From: an uncultured bacterium
GTDB taxonomy: Bacteria > Bacillota_I > Bacilli_A > Acholeplasmatales > Anaeroplasmataceae
Assembly: GCA_949291115.1 (NCBI GenBank)
Contig: CASETY010000002.1
Span: 10,348 to 74,347 of the forward strand
Length of the DNA stretch: 64,000 bases
Direction: 5' to 3'
Part shown: positions 53,550-63,777 of the stretch, in pieces
Layout: every line of letters begins with the position of its first letter
How positions within the stretch are numbered: position 1 is the stretch's first letter
Notes under the pieces: model-generated
Databases searched by the model: none
What the model was told of the DNA's origin: nothing
What the model saw: only the letters and a program-made list of their open reading frames with translations
Program-made: the position numbers and the translations under genes

Positions 53550-54110
53550 ATGGCATCAAACAAAGAATTGGAATTCAAAACTAAAATAACAAAAGAAAAA
53601 TATGAGGAACTATTAAGAGTTTTTGAATTAGAAAATAATGTTTTTGAACAAACAAATTACTACTTCGATACGCCTGAATTAAAGCTAAAAAACAATTATA
53701 TTGTTTTAAGAATTAGACAAAAAGGTAATACTTTTAAATTAACTAAAAAAGAACATGGCGATAGTAAAAACGAAGCATATGAATCACATATCTTCTTGCA
53801 AGAGGAACAAGCATTAAAAATGTTGCAAGAAGGATTTAACGCTGAAATAATTGATTTACCATATTTTGTTAAGCCTGTTTGTGAACTAACTACCGAAAGA
53901 TGTAAAACAACTTACAAAGATGGTACAATTTTCTTTGATAAGAGTGTTTATTATGGTAACACTGATTATGAAATTGAATATGAAGTTGATTCTTTTGAAC
54001 AAGGAACGAAAGATTTTAATGATTTCTTAAATGAATTTCAAATCACTTATGAACCAACTTTAAGAAAAAGCACTCGTGCCTATAACTGTATATTCCCTAA
54101 AAAAGACTAA
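53550..54110 (+). CDS. CYTH-domain protein (YjbK-like triphosphatase fold)
   Basis: MASNKELEFKTKI... carries the ExExK motif. It is divergent from nadK, as yjbK is in the Bacillus yjb region. The start at 53550 is preceded by AAGGAAG. Confidence 0.75.
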   Translation: MASNKELEFKTKITKEKYEELLRVFELENNVFEQTNYYFDTPELKLKNNYIVLRIRQKGNTFKLTKKEHGDSKNEAYESHIFLQEEQALKMLQEGFNAEIIDLPYFVKPVCELTTERCKTTYKDGTIFFDKSVYYGNTDYEIEYEVDSFEQGTKDFNDFLNEFQITYEPTLRKSTRAYNCIFPKKD

Positions 54111-54143
54111 AGTCCAATCAAACCGATTGGACTTTTTAATCTA

Positions 54144-54590
54144 TTATTCTTCTTTTAAAGCCTTCTTTAAAGCATCTTTTAATTCTGTTTGATACCCACA
54201 ATTACCATCCATTACTTGACATGCCCATTCTCTTCTAATATGAGCAGGGATAAATGTTCTAATTTCTTCATCATTATAACCAACTTGTAATTTATTATCT
54301 TCAATAATTATTGGTCTTTTTAAAACACTTGGATTTTTAATTATGAAATCAACTAATTCATTAAATTTCATGTCAAAAATATCGACACCAGCTTCTTGAT
54401 AAGCTTTACTACGTGTTGAGATTATATCTTCAAAACCATTATAAGAATTTTCTAGCATTGATACAATATCTTCTCTAGTAATTGGTGTTTGAAAAAAATT
54501 AATTTCTTTATAAGGAACTTTATTTTCTTCTAACCATTTAATTGCTTTACGGCATGAAGCACAACTTGAAGAAGTATAAATTTTCACCAT
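54144..54590 (-). CDS. spx: Spx/ArsC-family redox-sensing transcriptional regulator
   Basis: MVKIYTSSSCASCRKAIKWLEE...IISTRSKAYQ...LKRPIII...LQVGYNDEEIRTFIP parallels B. subtilis Spx. The start is chosen at the second ATG for SD spacing. The C-terminus is about 20 aa longer than Spx. Confidence 0.8.
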   Translation of the reverse strand: MVKIYTSSSCASCRKAIKWLEENKVPYKEINFFQTPITREDIVSMLENSYNGFEDIISTRSKAYQEAGVDIFDMKFNELVDFIIKNPSVLKRPIIIEDNKLQVGYNDEEIRTFIPAHIRREWACQVMDGNCGYQTELKDALKKALKEE

Positions 54591-54648
54591 TTTTACCATC
54601 TCCGCCTCAATTATAACATACTATTTAACTATTCACTAATAAAAACTT

Positions 54649-54677
54649 TTGCAAAATAAAAGAAAATAGCTTATAAT
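54649..54677 (+). promoter_or_regulatory. Sigma-A promoter for the trpS leader
   Basis: TTGCAA, a 17 nt spacer, then TATAAT. Confidence 0.5.
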
Positions 54678-54699
54678 TAACTAGTCGATGAAAAATAAT

Positions 54700-54876
54700 T
54701 GAAGTTTTATTACAAGAAACAGAGATGAGTTGGTGGTGCAAAACTCACTTAAAATAAAACTGATCTGGGTATTTGGAGACTTTAGTAAATTGGCTTTAAC
54801 AATTTAAAGAGCTAGAATTATTCTAGAATAAAGGTGGCACCACGTATATTACGTCCTTTTTAGGACGCTTTTTTTA
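54700..54876 (+). promoter_or_regulatory. T-box riboswitch, Trp-specific
   Basis: Stem I has AGAGA and a GGUGCAA distal loop. The candidate specifier is UGG followed by A (54774..54777). The T-box sequence is AAUAAAGGUGGCACCACG (54828..54844), where UGGC matches a G73 discriminator. The terminator is CGUCC-uuuuua-GGACG plus a U-run. Confidence 0.8.
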
Positions 54877-54893
54877 TTTAAGGGGGTTTAATT

Positions 54894-55886
54894 ATGACAA
54901 GAATTATAACTGGAATTCAACCATCAGGTAATATCACTATTGCAAACTATTTAGGGGCAATTAAACAAATCTTAGAATTACAAAAAGATGAACAAAATGA
55001 AATCTTAATCTTCATTGCTGACTTACACGCTATAACTGTAAATCAAGATCGTATAGCTTTAAAAAAACACATTAGAGAATTAGCAGCTTTATATTTAGCT
55101 TGTGGAATAAAAACTGATAAATGTCACATGTTCATTCAATCAGAAGTTCCTTGTCACAATCAACTAGGTTGGATTATGGAATGTAATTCTTATATTGGTG
55201 AATTAGAAAGAATGACACAATTTAAAGATAAAAAACAAAAACAGACAGATGGTATTACAGCTGGTCTTCTTACTTATCCGCCACTAATGGCCGCTGACAT
55301 CTTATTGTATGATGCCGATGTCGTTCCTGTTGGTGAAGATCAAACTCAACATTTAGAAATGACTCGTAATTTAGCTAATCGTTTTAATAACAAATATGGA
55401 GAAACTTTTAAAGTCCCTGAAGCTTTAGTTAATAAAAATACAGCTAAGATTTATTCTCTTGTTGAACCAACTTTAAAAATGAGTAAATCTGACCCTAATC
55501 CTAAAGCTTATATTGCTTTATTAGATGATATTAATGTAGCTAAAAAGAAAATAAAAAGTGCCATTACTGATAGTGAAGGTTCTATTAGATATGATAAAGA
55601 AAACAAACCAGGCGTTTCTAATTTATTAACCATTTATAGTGCTTTAACTAATATAAGTATTAAAGATTTAGAGGAAAAATATAAAAATTCAAATTATCAG
55701 CAATTCAAAGAAGATTTAGCTAATATAGTTGAAGAATTCTTAACTAACATTCAAAATAAATTTAATTATTATATTAAATCTAATGAATTAGATTTAATCT
55801 TAAATAGTGGTCGAGATCTTGCTTATCATTTAGCTAGTAGAAAAATTCAAAAAGTCTATAAAAAGGTGGGTTTAGGCCGTAATTAA
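54894..55886 (+). CDS. trpS: Tryptophan--tRNA ligase
   Basis: 330 aa, with a HIGH-like region (GIQPSGNITIANYLG), GEDQTQHLE and KMSKS. Confidence 0.96.
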   Translation: MTRIITGIQPSGNITIANYLGAIKQILELQKDEQNEILIFIADLHAITVNQDRIALKKHIRELAALYLACGIKTDKCHMFIQSEVPCHNQLGWIMECNSYIGELERMTQFKDKKQKQTDGITAGLLTYPPLMAADILLYDADVVPVGEDQTQHLEMTRNLANRFNNKYGETFKVPEALVNKNTAKIYSLVEPTLKMSKSDPNPKAYIALLDDINVAKKKIKSAITDSEGSIRYDKENKPGVSNLLTIYSALTNISIKDLEEKYKNSNYQQFKEDLANIVEEFLTNIQNKFNYYIKSNELDLILNSGRDLAYHLASRKIQKVYKKVGLGRN

Positions 55887-55907
55887 GGAGTTTAATACTC
55901 CTTTTTT
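55886..55907 (+). terminator. Intrinsic terminator after trpS
   Basis: GGAGT-ttaat-ACTCC followed by TTTTTTT. Confidence 0.6.
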
Positions 55908-55910
55908 TGT

Positions 55911-55936
55911 TAAAAAAACCAAGGCGTTAACCTTGG
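55911..55936 (-). terminator. Intrinsic terminator after the GH105 gene
   Basis: Minus strand has CCAAGG-uuaacg-CCUUGG followed by UUUUUUU. Confidence 0.55.
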
Positions 55937-55944
55937 CTTTATTA

Positions 55945-57081
55945 CTACTTATTAACTTTAATGACTTCGGTATAAGCCATAATATAAGGACCTACACCTT
56001 TGGCGTCATTTTCAACAACTGGTTCAGAAATATAATATTCATAAGAACCATCGCGTCTTAAATTGTTTTCAGGACCTAATCCAGCAACTAAACAAATACC
56101 ACCTAAATTTAAAGAACCATCTTCAGTAACTGTTAAATATTTTTTAGTTATGCCATCAAAAATATCTAAACCAATTTTTAAATAACGATCTGGTAATAAA
56201 CGTAATCTTACACCTTTTAAAATAGCATAAGCAATCATTGATGAACCAGATGTTTCTAAATAATTGCCTTTTAAATGACCTTTATCTACTACTTGGTAGA
56301 ACATCTTAGTTTCATAATCTTGATAAGTTAAAATACCATCAATTGCTTCTTTAAATAAAGTTTTTAAAGTGTGGTATTCATCATACATTTGTTCATCCAT
56401 ATATCCTAAATTATCTACTAGACTAACAATGTACCAACCAATAGCTCTTAACCAAAAATTCTTTGAACAACCAGTTACTTTATCAGCCCAAAACATCTTT
56501 CTTGATTCATCATAGCCATGATAATATAATAAGGCTTTTTCATCATACATTAAACGTCTAACATTTTTATATTGCTTAATTATATCACTATAATGTTGAT
56601 AACCATTTCTTTCTGTTTCATAACGCATGTAAAATACTTGCATCATATATAGGCCGTCTAACCACACTTGATTTGGATAAATCTTTTTATGCCAGAAATT
56701 ACCTTCTTTAGTTCGTGGTTGTTCCAAAACTTGTTGATATGATAATTCAATAGCTTTTGAATACTTTTCTTCTTTAAAATATTTGTATAAGTCAAAAAGC
56801 ACTCTACTTTCAGCCACATCATCAGTACTATAGTGAGATTTATCATAACCTTTAATGTTGCCATCTTCAGTTACAAAATAATCAACATAGCTTTTAACAA
56901 AATTTAAATATTTTTCATTGTGAGTAGTTTCATAAAGCGAAATTAATGAGTTCATCATACAACCATCAATATAATTCCACTTTAATGGTTTACCACTTCT
57001 TATTACTTCAATATTCCATAAAGGTTCTCCTGGTTTTGAAGTTAATAACTTATCAATATATTCGTCAATTACTTTAATCAT
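55945..57081 (-). CDS. Glycoside hydrolase family 105/88 (unsaturated rhamnogalacturonyl/glucuronyl hydrolase, YteR/YesR-like)
   Basis: 378 aa. WNYIDGCMMNSL, ...HKKIYPNQVWLDGLYM... and an alpha/alpha-toroid-type repeat pattern resemble YteR-like proteins. Confidence 0.7.
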   Translation of the reverse strand: MIKVIDEYIDKLLTSKPGEPLWNIEVIRSGKPLKWNYIDGCMMNSLISLYETTHNEKYLNFVKSYVDYFVTEDGNIKGYDKSHYSTDDVAESRVLFDLYKYFKEEKYSKAIELSYQQVLEQPRTKEGNFWHKKIYPNQVWLDGLYMMQVFYMRYETERNGYQHYSDIIKQYKNVRRLMYDEKALLYYHGYDESRKMFWADKVTGCSKNFWLRAIGWYIVSLVDNLGYMDEQMYDEYHTLKTLFKEAIDGILTYQDYETKMFYQVVDKGHLKGNYLETSGSSMIAYAILKGVRLRLLPDRYLKIGLDIFDGITKKYLTVTEDGSLNLGGICLVAGLGPENNLRRDGSYEYYISEPVVENDAKGVGPYIMAYTEVIKVNK

Positions 57082-57155
57082 TTTATCGTTCTCCTTTGTT
57101 TAAAATTATATAATCAAACAAAGCTTTTTGCAAGGTACATTCAAGCTTTTTATAC

Positions 57156-57710
57156 TTAAAGATTACTTAAATAATCTTCAATCATTTTAAGAGTGATTTG
57201 TCCTTCTCTTAAAACTTTTATTTCATCTGTTGTAAGGTCTATCACTGTTGATGAAATACTAGAAGACATTTCTTCTTTAGGATATATTTTAGCTACTAAC
57301 TCTTTATAATTTAAAACTATATCGTCATATTCATCTAAAGGCTTTTGTCCACTATCATTTACACTAGTTGTAGACATTGGCCCTTTTTCTTTTAAAATAT
57401 TTAAGGCTATTTTACTATTAGGTATTCTAACCCCTATTGTTTTTAAATTAATTTTATTCTTAACTTCTTCTTTGGCTTCTAAAATAAAAGTTACTGGCCC
57501 TGGTAGAAACTTATTAATTAAAGCTTTAGCTTTTTCATTAACTATACAAATTTCTTCAATCTGGGCTAAATTATAACATAAAACTGCTAGCGGTTTATTT
57601 AAAGGTCTTTTTTTTATTTCAAAGATACGCTTTGTACTTTCTAAATCAAACAAAGGACAACCTATACCATAAACTGTGTCAGTTGGAAATATAATTATAT
57701 TATTTTTCAT
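57156..57710 (-). CDS. tsaC: L-threonylcarbamoyladenylate synthase (YrdC/TsaC-type, short form)
   Basis: It has IIFPTDTVYGIGC, RIFEIKKRPLNKPLAVL and PGPVTFIL. The start at 57710 is preceded by GGTGG. Confidence 0.8.
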   Translation of the reverse strand: MKNNIIIFPTDTVYGIGCPLFDLESTKRIFEIKKRPLNKPLAVLCYNLAQIEEICIVNEKAKALINKFLPGPVTFILEAKEEVKNKINLKTIGVRIPNSKIALNILKEKGPMSTTSVNDSGQKPLDEYDDIVLNYKELVAKIYPKEEMSSSISSTVIDLTTDEIKVLREGQITLKMIEDYLSNL

Positions 57711-58554
57711 AATAACCACCATAATAAATAAAGGTCATACGATCTTTTTGTTCTAAATCTTTAATAGTTTCATAAGAAGTATTTGGTAAATATTTTTCAA
57801 TTAATTTAGCTAATTCAGCTTTTTTATCATAACCATGTTCAAAAGCAATTAGAGCTTTGGGCTTTAAATATTTTTTAATATCTTTTAAGATAATTTCATA
57901 AAATTTTAAACCATCATCACCGCCAAAAAGGGATAAGTGAGGCTCATTTTCATAAACTAATGACATTACTTCTTCAGAAGTAGGAATATAAGGCGGATTA
58001 GAAACAATAATGTCATATTTAGCATCTATATTTAAAAACATGTCACTTAAAATAAAATTAACATTAGCTTTTAATTTTTCATTATTATATTTAGCTACTT
58101 TTAAAGCATCTTCACTAATATCTGAGGCATCTACTTTAGCATTCAAAATTTCTTTAGAAAGCGTAATACCTATACAACCACTTCCACAAGCTAAGTCTAA
58201 AATATTAACTTCTTGACCTTTAAAATATTTATCATAACGATAAATTACATTTTCAACTAGCTCTTCTGTTTCAAAGCGAGGAATTAAGACATTTTCATCA
58301 ACATAAAAATCATAACCATAAAATTCTTGACTATGAATTAAATATTGTAATGGCTTGTTATGATTTAAATATAAATCAAACAATTCATTAAATTTATTTA
58401 TTATATCTATGCTTAATTCTTCATCATTTAGACTATAAAGAGTTGTCATATCTACATTTAAAACATTAGCTAATAAAAATAAAACAGCACTTTCTTCTTT
58501 ATCTTTTTTATTAGCTTCTTCAATTTTTAAGTTTATAAATTCTCTTGTTTTCAT
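57700..58554 (-). CDS. prmC: Release-factor glutamine N5-methyltransferase
   Basis: 284 aa, with LDLACGSGCIG and NPPY. It lies directly downstream of prfA. Confidence 0.9.
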   Translation of the reverse strand: MKTREFINLKIEEANKKDKEESAVLFLLANVLNVDMTTLYSLNDEELSIDIINKFNELFDLYLNHNKPLQYLIHSQEFYGYDFYVDENVLIPRFETEELVENVIYRYDKYFKGQEVNILDLACGSGCIGITLSKEILNAKVDASDISEDALKVAKYNNEKLKANVNFILSDMFLNIDAKYDIIVSNPPYIPTSEEVMSLVYENEPHLSLFGGDDGLKFYEIILKDIKKYLKPKALIAFEHGYDKKAELAKLIEKYLPNTSYETIKDLEQKDRMTFIYYGGYYEK

Positions 58555-58572
58555 AAATTAATAAAGCTCACC

Positions 58573-59640
58573 TTAGTGAGCTTCCTCTTCTAATTTTTGT
58601 TTTTGATCAGCATTAATTAATTCATCAATTACTAATTCTAATTTACCATCCATAATCGCATCTAATCTATTAATACTAAAGCCTATACGATGGTCAGTAA
58701 CTCTATTTTGCGGATAGTTATAAGTTCTTATTTTTTCACTACGTTTGCCATGACCAACTAAAGATTTTCTTTCTTGACCTTCTTTAGCTTCTTTTTCTTC
58801 TAACATTTTATCATAAATACGAGCTTTCAATAATTGTAAAGCAGCCGCTTTATTTTCATGTTGACTACGATGAATTTGGCAAGCTACAGCTACCCCTGTT
58901 GGAATGTGGGTAACTCTAACTGCACTATATGTTGTATTAACACCTTGACCACCTGGACCAGATGAACAGAAAGTATCGACTCTGATGTCATTCATATCTA
59001 ATTCAAATTCAATATCAGCAGCTTCTGGTAAAGCTAAAACAGTAGCGATTGAAGTATGAATACGACCTTGTGATTCTGTTTGGGGAACACGTTGTACACG
59101 GTGTCCACCTGATTCATATTTTAAATGTGAATAAACACTTTCGCCTTTAACCATGAAATTAATTGATGTATAACCACCCATAGCACCATATAAAGCATCT
59201 AATACTTCGATTTTCCAACCCATATTTTCTGCATATTTTGAATACATACGATATAAATCACCAGCAAAGATATTAGCTTCATCACCACCAACAGCGCCTT
59301 TAATTTCCATGATTACGTTTTTATCATCATTAGGGTCTTTTGGTAATAATAAGACTTTGATTTCTTCATTTATTTCATTAATACGATTATGAGCATTAGC
59401 TAATTCTTCTTCAGCTAATAACGCCATTTCTTCATCATCGGCTTTTTTTAATTCTTGTAAGTCATCTAAACTACTTTCTAGATTCTTTAACTCACGATAT
59501 AACATAACTGTTTTTTCTAATTGTTTTTGTTCCTTAGCATATTCCGTTAATAATTTAACATTTGTAACAACACTAGGATCTTGTAACAATTCAGTTAATT
59601 CATCGTAACGTTTTTCCATTATTTCTAAACGTTCATTCAT
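58573..59640 (-). CDS. prfA: Peptide chain release factor 1
   Basis: 355 aa, with RVQRVPQTESQGRIHTS and SGPGGQGVNTT. Confidence 0.97.
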   Translation of the reverse strand: MNERLEIMEKRYDELTELLQDPSVVTNVKLLTEYAKEQKQLEKTVMLYRELKNLESSLDDLQELKKADDEEMALLAEEELANAHNRINEINEEIKVLLLPKDPNDDKNVIMEIKGAVGGDEANIFAGDLYRMYSKYAENMGWKIEVLDALYGAMGGYTSINFMVKGESVYSHLKYESGGHRVQRVPQTESQGRIHTSIATVLALPEAADIEFELDMNDIRVDTFCSSGPGGQGVNTTYSAVRVTHIPTGVAVACQIHRSQHENKAAALQLLKARIYDKMLEEKEAKEGQERKSLVGHGKRSEKIRTYNYPQNRVTDHRIGFSINRLDAIMDGKLELVIDELINADQKQKLEEEAH

Positions 59641-59652
59641 TAAGTATCTCTC

Positions 59653-60981
59653 CTATTCAATTTTTTCTTCAAAACATGTGCAAGGTCCATTAAAGAAGAA
59701 TGGTAAACCTTCATTAGTTGAACCACTACGGTTCTTAGCAATACTAATAGAGGCCTCACCTTTTTTTAACTCTTCATGGGCTTTATCATCACGATAGATA
59801 AACATAATAACGTCAGCGTCTTGTTCAATTGCACCAGAAGAACGTAAATCAGCCATTACTGGCCTTTGGTCTTCTCTTTTTTCAACTGAACGCGACAATT
59901 GTGACAAAGCTAATACAGGAACTTGTAATTCTAAGGCCATCATTTTAAGACCTCTTGATATTTTAGCCACTTTTTCTTGATCTGAGGCATATCTACCATC
60001 AGCCTCTAATAATTGTAAATAATCAATAATAACAAAATCTAAGCCTTTTTCAGCTTTTTGTTTACGACATTTAGCTCTTATTTTAGAAACTGTTAAATCA
60101 ACAGCATCATCAAAATAAATATTTAAACGTGATAATTTAGCAAAACTTGTTGATAATCTAACCCATTCTGCTTGTTGCAAAGCACCGGTTTGAATTTGTT
60201 TAAGGCCAATTTTAGAATCAGCTGCCAACATTCTCATCGCTAGTTGTTCACCTGACATTTCAAGGTTAAAGATAGCAACAGAAGCATTACCACCTTTATT
60301 TTTAGTGGCAATATTAACAGCTAGGTTTAAAGCTAAAGCTGATTTACCCATACCAGGACGAGCAGCTAAGATTATTAATTGATGAGATTGAAAGCCTAAA
60401 GTAATATTATCTAAAGAATGAAAACCAGTTGTTAAACCTACTAAAAGTTCTTTATTTTTAGAGGCTTTTTCAGTTTGCTTAATAACTCTTTCTGATACTT
60501 CTTTAATAGTACTAAAGCCATCGACTCTTCTTCTTCTTGATAATTGAAAAACGTCTCTTTCCACATTTTCAACATAATCAAAAGTATTAACATTTAAGTC
60601 AAACCCTTCTTGTTGAAGCCTTCCTAAAACATTAATAGTTTCTCTTCTTAAAGCTGAGTTTTGAATTAAATCAATGTAAGATTCAAAATTACTTATAGAA
60701 TAACCATAATCAGCTAAACTACCTAAATAAGGATAGCCACCGGCTAATTCTAGTTTGTTGTTTTTTTCTAATTCTGAAAGTAATGTAGTTATATCTATTT
60801 TTAAATTATTGTCTTTTAAATTAGACATGGCGCTAAAGATTACTTTATTTTTACTATCGTAAAAGTCATCTACACTAAGTGAATCAATAGCTTCTACCAT
60901 TAAATTTTCATCAAGTAAAATACAGCCTAATAAAGCCTTTTCTGCCTCTATATTGGCCGGCATTGTTTTAATTTGTTGCAT
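59653..60981 (-). CDS. dnaB: Replicative DNA helicase
   Basis: 442 aa, with PANIEAEKALLGCIL, ARPGMGKSALALN and IIDYLQL. Confidence 0.96.
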   Translation of the reverse strand: MQQIKTMPANIEAEKALLGCILLDENLMVEAIDSLSVDDFYDSKNKVIFSAMSNLKDNNLKIDITTLLSELEKNNKLELAGGYPYLGSLADYGYSISNFESYIDLIQNSALRRETINVLGRLQQEGFDLNVNTFDYVENVERDVFQLSRRRRVDGFSTIKEVSERVIKQTEKASKNKELLVGLTTGFHSLDNITLGFQSHQLIILAARPGMGKSALALNLAVNIATKNKGGNASVAIFNLEMSGEQLAMRMLAADSKIGLKQIQTGALQQAEWVRLSTSFAKLSRLNIYFDDAVDLTVSKIRAKCRKQKAEKGLDFVIIDYLQLLEADGRYASDQEKVAKISRGLKMMALELQVPVLALSQLSRSVEKREDQRPVMADLRSSGAIEQDADVIMFIYRDDKAHEELKKGEASISIAKNRSGSTNEGLPFFFNGPCTCFEEKIE

Positions 60982-60983
60982 GA

Positions 60984-61427
60984 TTATTTACCTAATACAT
61001 TTACTTGGAAATTAGCCACTAAATCTTTATCTAAAATAATAGAGGCTTGATAAATACCAATAGAATTAATTTCTGTTGGTAATTCTAATTTTCTTTTATC
61101 AAGACGAATACCATTTTGAGCTTCAAATTCTTCACAAATTTGTTTAGTTGTAATGTGGCCAAATACTTTACCATCATTACCTTGTTTTAAATAAATAGTA
61201 ACTGATTTATCTTCAATTTCGCTCTTTAATTTTTCTAAAACATTACGTCTATTTAAAGCATCTAGTTTAGCTTGTTCCTTGCTTTCTTCCAGTTCTTTTA
61301 AGTTTTGATCACTTGCAATAACGGCTAAATTATTATTAATTAAATAATTACCATAACCATTATTTACTTCAATAATATCATCTTTTTTGCCTTTACCTTT
61401 GACATCACTTTTTAAAATTACTTTCAT
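60984..61427 (-). CDS. rplI: 50S ribosomal protein L9 (in frame with, and not separated by a stop from, upstream gdpP)
   Basis: MKVILKSDVKGKGKKDDIIEVNNGYGNYLI... is 147 aa. The ATG at 61427 is preceded by AAGGTGA with 7 nt spacing. The ORF track shows it as the C-terminus of the 811-aa ORF. Confidence 0.9.
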   Translation of the reverse strand: MKVILKSDVKGKGKKDDIIEVNNGYGNYLINNNLAVIASDQNLKELEESKEQAKLDALNRRNVLEKLKSEIEDKSVTIYLKQGNDGKVFGHITTKQICEEFEAQNGIRLDKRKLELPTEINSIGIYQASIILDKDLVANFQVNVLGK

Positions 61428-63419
61428 CTTTTCATCACCTTCTAAAACATCATAATCACGTCTAATAATATTTAAAAGTTTTTCTTTTACTTCATCAATA
61501 GTCGTGTTTGGAATTTGCACAGCCGCACTTTGTAAGTGACCGCCACCGCCCATTTCTTCCATAATTAGCTGAACGTTAACGCCTTCTAAACTACGACCAG
61601 AAACAGCAATTTCCTCATTTTCTAATTTAGCAATTGTAAAAGAAGCTTGAATACCTTCTACTTGTAATAAACGTTCTGAAATTTTCGCTAATAAAGTACG
61701 ATCTCTTATAACTTGACTTGTTAATTTGTAAATCGCAAAATGATTATAACAAACTTCTACATTAATTAAAGCTTCTGCCACTATTCTTTCATATTCTAGA
61801 CTATCACGTAATAAATCTTTTACTTTAACCATATCAGCGCCGAGTTCTTTTAACTGCGCAGCTGCTTCAAAAGTACGTGTGCCAGTTCTAAATGTAAAAT
61901 TATTAGTATCAACTACCATACCAGCCAACATAATAGTCGCTTCTAATGGTGTAATCTTAGTTTCTGTTGTAAAAATAAACATTTCCGTAATAAGTTCAAC
62001 TGTCGAAGAAGAATAAGTTTCGACATATGACATATCTACATTTTGAAAATCAACTTCACCAACACGGTGGTGATCAATAACTGCTAGGTGTTTAGCTTTA
62101 CCAACTAAATCTGGAAACATCGAAATAAGTGGAGATTGTGTATCGCAAATTACTAATAATGTATTTGGTGTAATTAACGAATTAGCTTTTTCTTCATCAA
62201 CAATTACTTCTTCTAAATATGGTTCTTCTTCCATAATTAAAGTATAGATTTTTGAGGCTGTAACATCTAATTTTTCAGCTTCTAAAACTAAATTAATACT
62301 CTTCTTTAAATTAAATGATTCTAATAAACGATAAATACCAATAGCTGAACCTAAAGCATCACAATCAGCCATATTGTGAGCAGTAATTAAAATATTTGAA
62401 GCATTTTCAGCTGCATCTTTTAAAGCATTAGTTTGCATACGGGCAGCTACTAAAGTGTTTTTTTCAAGGGCATTTGTTTGACCACCAATATAACGAATCT
62501 TTTTACCTTGAATATTAACAACAGCTTGATCACCACCACGCTTTTCAGCTAATTCAACAGCATTTAAAGCAATTTTACCAACTTCAATTTCACTAGTGTC
62601 ATAAGCAGCCATCCCAATACTAATAGTTGTTCTAATGTGTGCTTCTTTAGCAATATCTCTAACTTTATTTAAAATTGAGAATTTATCTTCAATCATTAAT
62701 TCTAGATGATATAAATCACACACTAAAAAAATACGATCTTCATCTATTGATTGTAAAAAAGCACCATATTCTTCAGCCCACTGAGAAATTTCACCTAGTA
62801 TTTTACCACTAATGGTTGTCTTATCTTCAATATCATAACGTTTTAAAGATTCTTCTAAGTTATCAATTGTGATAAGACCCATAGCTACAATCTTATTATG
62901 ATATTGTTGTTTTAAATCTTCACGTTGTGTTACATCAAAGAAATATAAAACTTTATTTTCTTTATCATTGGTGAATTCAAACTTTTTATCACCAAAAGTT
63001 ATTAGTACTTCTGTATCCGTACTATTACATAAAGTAACTAAATTTGTACTAATTATATTTAACGAAGCTTCATTTAATTGTATATTAAAAGAATTACGGG
63101 CAAAATCATTAACCCATTTAATGGTAAATGTTTCATCATAAACAATAATACCAAGTGGTAACTGTTGAAAAGCTTTATCTCCAGCAGCACTAATATGATA
63201 TGTCGTTTTACCCCAAACTTCGATTTGCTTTTTCATTAGTTTAATTTCTTTACGTAGCTTAGATATAATCACATAGACTACAAAACCTACCATCAATACT
63301 AAAAAAACAATCGCAAAACTTAAATAAATTGTTTTATTAGTTGGCATAGAAATATAGAAAAACCAAAATAAAGCACTAATCCCTGCACTAAGTACGGAGA
63401 ATATAAAATAAAGAATCAC
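61428..63419 (-). CDS. gdpP: GdpP-type c-di-AMP phosphodiesterase (TM-PAS-GGDEF-like-DHH/DHHA1); reading frame continues into rplI
   Basis: It has two N-terminal TM helices and a degenerate GGDEF-like core (ISIGMAAY...RGGDQ). DHH motifs are HNMADCDALGS, CDTQS and IDHHR, and DHHA1 has GGGGH. The start is GTG with a GGGGTGA SD. There is no stop before 60984. Confidence 0.85.
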
Positions 63420-63480
63420 TTTATCACCCCATAGTTAATTAATTATACCAAAATATTAGCTTTTATACAATTAACCAGCA

Positions 63481-63506
63481 AAATAAAAAAGCACCAAAGT
63501 GCTTTT
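63481..63506 (-). terminator. Intrinsic terminator after rpsR
   Basis: Minus strand has AAAGCAC-uuug-GUGCUUU followed by UUUAUUUU. Confidence 0.6.
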
Positions 63507-63518
63507 TATAAATAAATA

Positions 63519-63761
63519 CTATTCTTTTACGAATGGTAATAATGCCATATGACGTGCACGTTTAATAGCAATAGCTAATTTTCTTTGGTATCTAGCGCTA
63601 GTTCCAGTAACACGACGAGGTAAAATTTTACCTCTTTCAGTGATAAAATTCTTTAATAAATCTACATCTTTAAAATCAATATGTTCAATTTTATTTTTAG
63701 TGAAGTAGCATTCTTTTTTACGTCCACGACGGAATTCGCGTTTTTCACGATTATTTTGCAT
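63519..63761 (-). CDS. rpsR: 30S ribosomal protein S18
   Basis: 80 aa, with ...[35 protein letters not shown]... Confidence 0.97.
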   Translation of the reverse strand: MQNNREKREFRRGRKKECYFTKNKIEHIDFKDVDLLKNFITERGKILPRRVTGTSARYQRKLAIAIKRARHMALLPFVKE

Positions 63762-63777
63762 TGTTTATATCTCCTTT

